This document shows positions 12,044 to 20,340 of a stretch of DNA of 32,000 bases, one piece after another. The DNA is from Mycoplasmoides pneumoniae FH (GTDB taxonomy: Bacteria; Bacillota_I; Bacilli_A; Mycoplasmatales; Mycoplasmoidaceae): contig NZ_CP010546.1 in the NCBI RefSeq assembly GCF_001272835.1, positions 722,809 to 754,808 on the forward strand. The letters are read 5' to 3'. The notes under the pieces are model-generated. The model was not told the DNA's origin and made no database searches. It saw only the letters and a program-made list of their open reading frames with translations. How positions within the stretch are numbered: position 1 is the stretch's first letter; every line of letters starts with the position of its first letter. A program made the translations under genes and the position numbers.

Positions 12044-14023
12044 TTATTTAAATTGCTGGTTGCTAAAGTTACTGCGATATTTAAATTTGTACTGGTAACC
12101 TTCTGGAATTTTGTTGATCGTTGGTAGGTTTTTCACTGCACCAAAAAGTTGATCAACTACTTGGAAGTGCAAGTTTTCTGATTCATAACCGTCAACAATA
12201 AAATCCAAACTTAAAAAGTTAATGGTGTATTCGTTGGAAGCGTGTTGTTGTGGTGTCAAGTATTTTTCTCAAGTTTTGATATCAAACACATTGACATTGT
12301 TTTTAAGCAACGTAATTTCTTGCAAGGTATCACCAATTTTGACTTTAGCTAAAAGTTTGGCTCGTGCAAAAATAGTTTGCAACATCTCTGGTAAGTTCCT
12401 AATGAAGATAAGGTGTTCTTTATTGGTAGGCTCCATCCCTAATAAGTCATAGAGGTACTGCAAGCTAGCAAAATTAACGTTGCTGTCCTTGGACTTTAAA
12501 GAGTCAAACTTTTGTAGCGCTGTTGCTTTATCAGTAGCTAAATCAATCTCTTCGTTCAACTTACTAATTTGGGCAATCGCTTGAGTAAACTCCTTTTTGA
12601 ACATTATTTGTAATTGATCTTTTTGAGATAGATCTTTTTCATTAAATGTTTTGGACAGAGTATCCACTACCGAATTAGGGTCAAATTGTAATTGTGAAAG
12701 TCACAACCTAGAAAGTTGACTAAAACTAATAGGTGGTTTTAGATCTGCATTATGTTGTTCCACATAAAAGTCAACACCAAAGCGCTGAGCGTTTACTGGG
12801 ATAATTGGGGTGTATTTGAAAATGTCCCACTTATTGCTAAACAAACTTTGTTCCTCATCATCAGTTAATGGCTTTACTACAACGTTTTTACCCATATTCA
12901 AGATTGATTGGGTTACTTGGCGGTTTCTAGTAAAGGCTTCCATGATCTTACGATCTTTAATTACCTTATCTTTAAAACCATTGGAACTACTTCAATATGC
13001 ATTTGCTTGCTTGTTATCAATGGAAAATACTCAAGTTTCTTTTGGTAATACTGGCTCATTCCACTGAACATTATCTTGTTCAAATACTCTAGGTGTTTTA
13101 ATTAACTCCACCTCTCAAAAAACACGATAAATGTAAATGGGAGTTGATTCCAACCACCAGTTATTTCAAAGAGTGGCAATGAAAATATTGTTTGGTCTAT
13201 CTTCAAAGAAACCATCATTTTGTGTTATTGCATAGGCATTAAAAATAATAAAGTAATTGCCATTTTTTCCTTGTTTAATTCACTTAGCATTTTGAACAAT
13301 GTCATTTATGTTAGGTGACTTAACTGATAAGGAACGGTTCATAAAACCGAAAAAAACATTAATCCATTTAAAGTCTTTATTTCTATTCCATACAGGACTA
13401 AATAGCCTTTGGGTTTCTAAGTTATAAGGAATAGATCATCCTGCGTTTTTAGCTTCTTCGGCAGTTCGACCAGCGCTTAATGTCACATATTTATCATGCT
13501 GTGGATACCACGGGTCATTAATGCGAGATGGTCCAAAACCAGACTTACTATCATTGTGAAAGTGGAAATACTGAAGGTCGTGTATATCTGATTTAAAGGA
13601 GTTTCTAACTCCGGGATAGCTAAAAGTTTTGTTCCATGCCAAACTGCTAGTATAGCTACTTTCAATGCCTAAGTTAACATCTTTGATGTAATAGATATTG
13701 TTATACCAATTAAAGTTATTTTCTCTAAGCAATTGGTTATACCGGTCATAATAGCCATCCGCTAGCTGAGTTCAAAGGGTGGAATAGTTTCAACCAAAAG
13801 TAGTTTTGTTATTTGGTTTATAAATTAAAGGATTTTCGAAATTAAAGTCTTTACGGAAATAACTATCCTTTAATTTGATCCCAACAGTAAACCCTTGATT
13901 GTGGTGTGCTGAGTTAGAAATATACAAACTACTATCAACAAGATTTTTATCCAACGACGCGTTCGCTAAAAGAGTTGGGAACGCAACAAAACCTAATAAA
14001 GGTAAATAATGATATGAGCGCAT
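12044..14023 (-). CDS. paralog A N-terminal segment (659 aa): signal peptide plus Trp-rich module plus conserved core; ends at an in-frame TAA
   Basis: Track ORFs 13790-14023, 13436-13732, 12701-12943, 12269-12667 and 12044-12259 all share one frame. I translated every gap and found only TGA codons. The ATG start gives MRSYHYLPLLGFVAFPTLLANAS, a signal-like N-terminus. Confidence 0.65.
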
Positions 14024-14075
14024 AATTAATTCACTTTTTCATCTATTAAATTGCTCAAAAAGGGAATTGACGCCA

Positions 14076-14169
14076 ATTTTTTAAAAGTTTTTATTTATCC
14101 GTTTTGACAACTGCTTTTTGTTATTTTTTAAAAGTTTTTATTTATCCGTTTTGACAACTGCTTTTTGTT
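14076..14169. repeat. perfect 47-bp tandem duplication (2 copies) spanning the stop codon and 3' end of paralog B
   Basis: The unit attttttaaaagtttttatttatccgttttgacaactgctttttgtt occurs at 14076-14122 and again at 14123-14169 with no mismatch. Confidence 0.95.
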
Positions 14170-15172
14170 TGTGCGATTTCAAACTCTTTTTGCGCTTGTA
14201 AAAGTAAAAACTAAAAGCAACTACCACTAAAAACAGACTACTAGCAGCAATTACTAAGTAACCAATAAAATTGGTGTTTTTATTTTCACCATTATTTGGT
14301 TGAGCCTGTTTGGCGATTTTAAAAGTTGCGGTATTATCCTGCAGTTTAAGCGGAATCTTTTCTTTTAAGTACATCTGCTTACTTTGAAGAAATAACTGCA
14401 AGGTATCGAGCAATTTAGCTTGGTATCGTTGATCAGCAACAGACCAGATATACATGCCTAAATGCTTGTTGCGGTTAACAAGTTGTAGAGTGTTTGAATT
14501 TTTAATCACTAGTTCATAATCCAACTTAAATAATGGTTGTTCGTCAACCTTAACAATTACATTAAGTTCACTAGCTTTTGGATTAAATTCAACATCAAAA
14601 TCAAACGATTGATCTATTGACTTTGTAGTGAGTCTTATTTGTTTGGGAAAAGTTTCTATGTTAGTAGCTTGTTCATCAACCATTAAGTTCATGCCAACTA
14701 ATGCAAGGTTCAGTCTTCTTATTAAAAGTTGCTTATCAGCTAACGTTAAGGTAGAAACCAAATCTACTTGGTAATCGTTAAAGAAAGCAACGTTAGGCAA
14801 TTTGGGATCAAATTGATCTAATTCAATCCCGTCTACAATTACCTTAACTTTGTCATTGTTAGCTTGAAATCAAACGTCATTGGCATTCAAAGCAATTTTG
14901 TGTGTTCTCATTTGAAACAAGTAAGTACGAATTGTTGGAATCTTTGTTTCTTTTTTGAGAAAGTACATCTGGCCTTTAATAATTTCCCGATTGGAATCTG
15001 TGCCTCATTTAAAGAAATTATTGCTGTTAGTAATTTCTGCTGCAATATAGAAGATGCCCGTTTTAGGATTTGTCGGAATTAAACCAGGAATTAGTTCTTC
15101 AGGATTTTTAACTAATTTGATTGAATTTAAGGCAACAGTTAATGCCGTATCATCCTGAAATGAAAAAACCAT
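14138..15172 (-). CDS. paralog B C-terminal segment (344 aa) with C-terminal TM anchor
   Basis: Track ORF 14138-14800 extends upstream in frame through 2 TGA codons (translated codon by codon, no TAA/TAG) to ATG 15170-15172, just after an in-frame TAA at 15179-15181. It ends ...FIGYLVIAASSLFLVVVAFSFYFYKRKKSLKSHKQKAVVKTDK. Confidence 0.6.
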
Positions 15173-16112
15173 TTTTAATTACAAAAGCTATTTGGTTTTT
15201 CTGCTCTTCAGTCAATTCTTTATCTTGGATGTCTAAAACGCTAAACTCCTTGCCGTTATTAACGACGGGAATGCTAAAACGATATTTATTGAAATACTGT
15301 TCGTTGTAATTTGAGCGAAACCTTAAACGGTATTGAATGCCCTGGTTTGTTTTTTGAATGGTTGGTTTATTTTTAGCAGATTCAAATAAAGAAAACACAG
15401 GTAAATTCTTCGCTGTTCAACTAGGATATTGATCTGATATGAAATCAAAAGAGAGAAATTCAACTTCAAATAAATTAATGCTAATTTGATCTAAATTTAA
15501 GAATTGTTCAAACTGGCCTAGATTAAAAACGTTATTGTTGTTTTTAACTAAAGTAATCTTTCTTAATTGCCCACCCATCCTAACTTGAAAGTTAATGGAT
15601 GCAGACTCAAAAATTGTTTTTAAAAGCCTTGGTAAATCACGAACAAGACTTAATTCTTGAGGATCCCTAAAATCAAAATTTAGCAGTTTATAAAGGTAGC
15701 TTAGGCGTTCTCATTGCTGTTTTCGTTCAACATTTTTAAGCGTTAAGAAATTTTGTAAAACTGTATTTTTATCAATTGCTTGATCAACTAACTGATTAAG
15801 CTCTGTAATTTCTTGAATCGCTAAGGTAAATTCCCTTTTAAAACGTAATTTCAAAAGAGCTTTTTGGCCAAGCGTTCGGTTATTAAAGGTGATAGAAGTA
15901 TTATCAACTATTGAATCAGGGTCAAACTCTAATTGAACTAAAATAATTCGCGATAGCTGATTGAACTGAATAGGTGATTGATTTTCGCTCTCTACTAAAT
16001 TTTTTGTTAAGTAAAACGAGCTGTCAATTACATGTGAATTGATAGTTGCGCTAGAGAGCAACAGTGGGGTTAATGAAAAACCCATTAATTTTCAATATTT
16101 CAAAAAAGGCAT
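15108..16112 (-). CDS. paralog B N-terminal segment (334 aa) with signal peptide; frame ends shortly after a T6 run
   Basis: Track ORFs 15711-16085 and 15150-15398 share a frame and join through TGA codons (gap translated). The frame extends upstream to ATG 16110-16112 (MPFLKYWKLMGFSLTPLLLSSATINS). That N-terminus aligns with the paralog A N-terminus. True stop is TAA at 15108-15110. Confidence 0.6.
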
Positions 16113-16197
16113 GGCAATCTTTACATTCAATAAATTGAACTAAAGTTTTTAACTTGCCAATTTTTAGAAAATTAGTGCTTTAAAGCTTTTTAAATTA

Positions 16198-17339
16198 CTA
16201 AGCTAATTGTTTGGAAAAGTGAGCAATCTTGCTAAAGATTAAATGGTAGTAATAATCCAATTGCTTTTTGCGCATTTCGATTTCAGCAGGAATACCTTCT
16301 ACTAAATCATTGCAAAGTTTTTCAAAGGCAAAGAGAATATCAGCAATCTTTTCTTGAATTTCTAGAGGTGGAAAAGAGAGTTCAATTTCAGCCATTACTT
16401 TTTGGCTTAGTTTTGGTCTTGAAGCTAGATTATGAACGAATTTTGGTGCTTCTATCTTTAATAAAAAGGATAGGAATTTGGTGCAGATTTTTTTATTTTT
16501 AACTTTTAAAACACCGCAATCTTGTGATGCATTAAACTTGCCATTACGATAAAAAACTACTCCAGCATAACCATTTGTAGTTCAAGTGATGTATTCACCA
16601 TCAAAGTCGCAATCTTTAATGCGTCCTAACTCACCATCATTTGTGGTAGCTGCGGAATAAACTGGATTTTCTCCAGGATTATTCCTAATATACGCTTTAG
16701 TGATCGCTCGACCTCTTCTAATTTCACAAATATCCTTTACTTGAAAAGTTTCGAAAGGTATATTTGCTCCGTAAATTTTTCGGATATTTTCTTGGTTGAG
16801 CAGATAATCGCGATAGAAGGCATACTGCTTCTTTCGCTCTCTTAGCTCGGCGCTTAGCTCGGCGCTTAGCTCGGCGCTTAGCTCGGCGCTTAGCTCGGAA
16901 AAGTATCTAAGATAGTAGCAATTTTCTCTTGAATTTGCAAAGGTGGGAAATCTAGCTCAATTTCTGCTAAAATTCCTTGCATTAATTTAGGAATAGGGCA
17001 AGCATAATTAACAAATTTAGGTGTTTCTAATCTAAGTGCATAAGCTAAAAACTTAGTATTAATTTCATCACTTTTTACCTTAAGAATTCCACAAACATTG
17101 GTTGCGTTAAATTGACCGTTACGATAAAAAACACTACCAGCTTGGGCTCCATCAGTTGTTCAAGTGACGTACTCTCCATTAAAATCACAATCCTTTATCT
17201 TACCGATTTCACCGTTATTAACTGTTGCTGATGAATAAACAGGGAATTCTCCTGGATTGTTTTTGATATATAGTTTGCTGATAACTCTACCGCGTTTAAT
17301 ATCGCAAATATCTTTGATTTTGAAACGTTTAATCAACAC
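16198..17339 (-). pseudogene. hsdS: type I restriction-modification specificity subunit (HsdS), two homologous TRDs, frame broken between the halves
   Basis: The N-half ORF (16890-17339, GTG start) reads ...FKIKDICDIKRGRVISK...ELDFPPLQIQEKIATILDTFPS*. The C-half is in another frame down to TAG 16198 and reads SELSAELSAELSAELSAELRERKKQY...FQVKDICEIRRGRAITK...ELSFPPLEIQEKIADILFAFEKL. No hsdM or hsdR lies adjacent. Confidence 0.8.
16841..16898. repeat. 12-bp tandem repeat (cttagctcggcg, 4 full copies plus a 10-nt partial), encoding (ELSA)n on the minus strand in the HsdS central region
   Basis: Direct reading gives cttagctcggcg at 16841, 16853, 16865 and 16877, then cttagctcgg at 16889-16898. 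Confidence 0.97.
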
Positions 17340-17411
17340 AGTAAAACTTAATCTCCTTTAAGTTTAAAGATTAAGTGGGGAACTGGACAGCTCAAAGTTT
17401 ATTGAAAAAAA

Positions 17412-17810
17412 CTAACGCTTGGTAAATTGTGGAGCACGGCGGGCACCGTATAAACCGAACTTCTTCCGTTCTTTAACCCGCTTGTCACGGGTAGTTAGTT
17501 TCTTGGACTTGAGAATCTTTTTCAATTCTGGATTGAACTGTAAAAGCGCGCGAACAATTCCTAAACGAATTGCACCAGCTTGTCCGGTAAAACCACCACC
17601 TTTAACTACCACATTGATATCAAAGTTCTTTTTAAGATCAGTGAGATCTAAAGGTTGTTCCATGTCTTGGATCACTATTTTATTGGGAAAGTATTCACTA
17701 GGATCACGACGGTTAACAGTAATCTTACCCTTGTCTTGGGTAGGCGTTAGATAAACTTTAGCACTTGAAGACTTACGGCGTCCAAGTCCATAATAAGATT
17801 GTTTTTCCAT
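17412..17810 (-). CDS. rpsI: 30S ribosomal protein S9
   Basis: 132-aa ORF with the S9 signature C-terminus ...[25 protein letters not shown], downstream of rplM. Confidence 0.96.
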   Translation of the reverse strand: MEKQSYYGLGRRKSSSAKVYLTPTQDKGKITVNRRDPSEYFPNKIVIQDMEQPLDLTDLKKNFDINVVVKGGGFTGQAGAIRLGIVRALLQFNPELKKILKSKKLTTRDKRVKERKKFGLYGARRAPQFTKR

Positions 17811-17815
17811 TTATA

Positions 17816-18256
17816 TTAGCTTCAATTTAAAGTGGTAGGTTTTTGCGCTTCCATGTTGTGTTTATCACCTTTAAACACGTGTACCTTGGTGATTCAACGA
17901 CGGCTTAAACGGTTATCAGGTAACATGCCCTTAACAGCATTATAGACCAGTTTGTCGGATTGTTTTTTCAACATATCACGACCACTTACCTTCTTAATGC
18001 CACCAATGTATTGGGAGTGGTGGTACCAAAACTCGTTTTCTTTTTTATTGCCAGTCAACACAACTTGATCACTGTTAATAATGATCAAGTAATCACCACA
18101 ATCTTGGTTAGGGGTGAAATCAACTTTATTCTTGCCGCGAATAAGATCGGCCGCTTTAACCGCTAACTTACCGAGAACGAGCCCAGCAGCGTCGACAATA
18201 TACCACTGTCGTCGCTTGTTGGCCTGTTCTTTTGTTAGCATTGATGTTTTTTGCAT
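17816..18256 (-). CDS. rplM: 50S ribosomal protein L13
   Basis: [32 protein letters not shown]... is typical of L13. The track stop at 17894 is TGA; reading through two TGA codons reaches TAA at 17816-17818, giving 146 aa. Confidence 0.94.
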
Positions 18257-18286
18257 ATTAACAAAACTGCTTATTATTCTAATTTA

Positions 18287-20332
18287 TTACTTTTCTTCAT
18301 AAAGCCCTTTGAAGAACGTATCAGCGATCTCCTGTGCCGCTGTTTTTTGAGCTTTTTTAACAACGGTACTACTTAACTGTTCTAACTGTTGTAATTGCAA
18401 CACTTGGGGTTTATGCGTTAGTTGTTCCACTTTAGCTAGTACCTTAGTTTCATATTCACTCAAAGTAAAGGAACTCAAGAACAGGTTTTGTTGAAAAATT
18501 TCTAACAAGGTGGCTTGGGCAGTCGCTTCGGTAAGCGCTTCCTTTCACAACCTTGTTGCTATCTCTTTATCTTCGAAAATTAAGACTAAACCAAAGGGTG
18601 ATGCTGCTAGAACCTTAATAGCCTTACTTAAATCACTAGCGGTAAACTTATCGGAAAACTGCTTTAAGTAACTGCTGTCTTTAGTTTTTTCTGCTTGGGT
18701 GAACTCCCTTTTAAAGCTGTCCAATAACTGTTGGAAGTGGGCTACTAGTTTAGGATCATTGTGCCCATAAACAGAAACGGCAATCACAGCCCGGTTAAGT
18801 TTTATTGGGATGGAAACTGGGTTATTATCTGATGGTTCTATTAACTTAATAGGAGCAGGCTTGCTTACAGGCTGTATTAATTTTTTAACAGCGGGCTGAA
18901 AAAAATCAGTGTTTTCTACAGAAAGAGGTCTACGACCGCGTTTGCGTACCACCTCTGGTTTAATCGCTAACCCAAATAAATCAGTTGCTGGAGCTGGTGA
19001 AGTTTCTGTTGGTTGTTCTACTTCTGTAATTTCTTGCTGTGCTTCTGGTTGCACTATAGTTTGGGGTTGTTCTATTAGTTTAGAAGCAACAGGATCTTTT
19101 ACGAATGATGAAACTTTAGGTTCTTCTATTACTTTATAAAGAACAGGTTCTTTTGCTGGTAGTTGGGGCTTGGCCTCTTCTACAGTTTTTGAAGGAACGG
19201 GTTCTTTTGCTGGTGATTGAGTTTGTACCACTGGCGTATAAGCGGGTATGTGTGGCTCTTTGCTAACGGCATTTTTATAGTGAATCACAATTGCTTTAAT
19301 CTGATCACTTAAGGATAGTTGTGAAGGACCATAACCATTGTTAGCTTCAATTGCTTGAACCAAAAGAGCATACTGTTTGGGGTGAAAACGAAGCTTTGCC
19401 GCCATTGTTTGGTCGCTGGGTTTTACAACTGCAATTTGTCCCGTTTTGACATAACCATATAAATCAACTGTTAGGGCAAACAGTTCCCTGAGAAAGTGAA
19501 CAAAGTTAATCCCTTGACTTTCAAAGTTGTCAATTAAGTGAAAGGATTGTTTGAGATCACCACTTAAAACTGCTTCAATAAAACCAAACTTTTGTTCCTT
19601 GTCAAGCAGGTTAAAGGTCTTTTCAACATCAGCTAAACTAATGGTTTTACTTTCACTAAAGTTACTAATTTGGTCCAACAAGCTCAACCCATCACGCAAC
19701 GAACCTTGCGCTAAATCAGCTAGTTTGACCAAAGCATCAGTAGTAATCTTAATGCTTTCCTTAGCCGCTACTTCCGCTAACCGTTGCTGGATGAGATCGT
19801 TAGTAATTTGTTTAAAGAAGAAGCTTTGGCAACGCGACAAGATCGTGATCGGAATCTTGTTAAATTCGGTGGTGGCAAAAATAAACAAGACATAATCGGG
19901 TGCTTCTTCTAAGGTCTTTAAAAGCCCACTCCAAGATTGGGGGGTGAGCATGTGGGCTTCATCCAAAATGTAAACCTTCTTTTTGAACTTAAAGGGTAGG
20001 TTAAAGACATTTTCCGCTAGCTCCCTAATGTCGTTAATCCCGTTTTTGGAAGCAGCATCAATTTCAAACACATCAATCGCACTGTTGCTGTTAATCGCTT
20101 GGCATGCCTCACACTGGTTGCAAACATCGCCGTTCCAGTTTAAACAGTTAATGGCTTTGGCAATAATCTTGGCAAAGGTCGTTTTTCCCGTACCCCGCTC
20201 CCCCGCAAAGATGTAACCGTGGGGTAATTGGTCTTGGGTAATGGCATTAACAATAATGCGTTTAATGCTGTCCTGACCGACAGTATCGCTAAACTTGGTG
20301 GGACGGTATTTCTGGTAAAGGACCTTGCGCAT
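18287..20332 (-). CDS. dnaX: DNA polymerase III subunit gamma/tau
   Basis: Contains Walker A GERGTGKTT, the Cys zinc module CLNWNGDVCNQCEACQ and the SRC motif (ILSRCQ). Track ORFs 18545-20332 and 18287-18508 share a frame and join via TGA at 18545, giving 681 aa. Confidence 0.94.
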
Positions 20333-20340
20333 GTTTAAGC

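Noticed and set aside
14105-14157. TTGTCA boxes (one per 47-bp repeat unit, minus strand) as sigma-20-type -35 elements for paralog A
   Set aside because: At N18/19 the sequence is TTTTAA/TTTAAA, not ATTWAT. The only ATTAAT upstream of the paralog A ATG is about 70 nt from the box. The spacing does not fit the remembered consensus.
15160-15172. Programmed -1 ribosomal frameshift on the in-phase heptamer U UUU UUC in paralog B
   Set aside because: The -1 frame reads F H F R M I R H and then hits TAA. Homology continues in the +1 frame instead, so a canonical -1 slip cannot rescue the protein. A one-base length change in the run is the simpler explanation.
16841-16898. Possible CRISPR-like or regulatory repeat array
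   Set aside because: The units are contiguous 12-mers with no spacers, in frame within hsdS. This is a coding tetrapeptide repeat, not a CRISPR array.
19141-19215. Imperfect ~53-bp-spaced DNA repeat (ggttcttttgctggt, twice) in dnaX
   Set aside because: It encodes the repeated PAKEPV motif of the low-complexity Pro/Glu/Lys linker of tau. This is ordinary linker redundancy, not a mobile or regulatory repeat.
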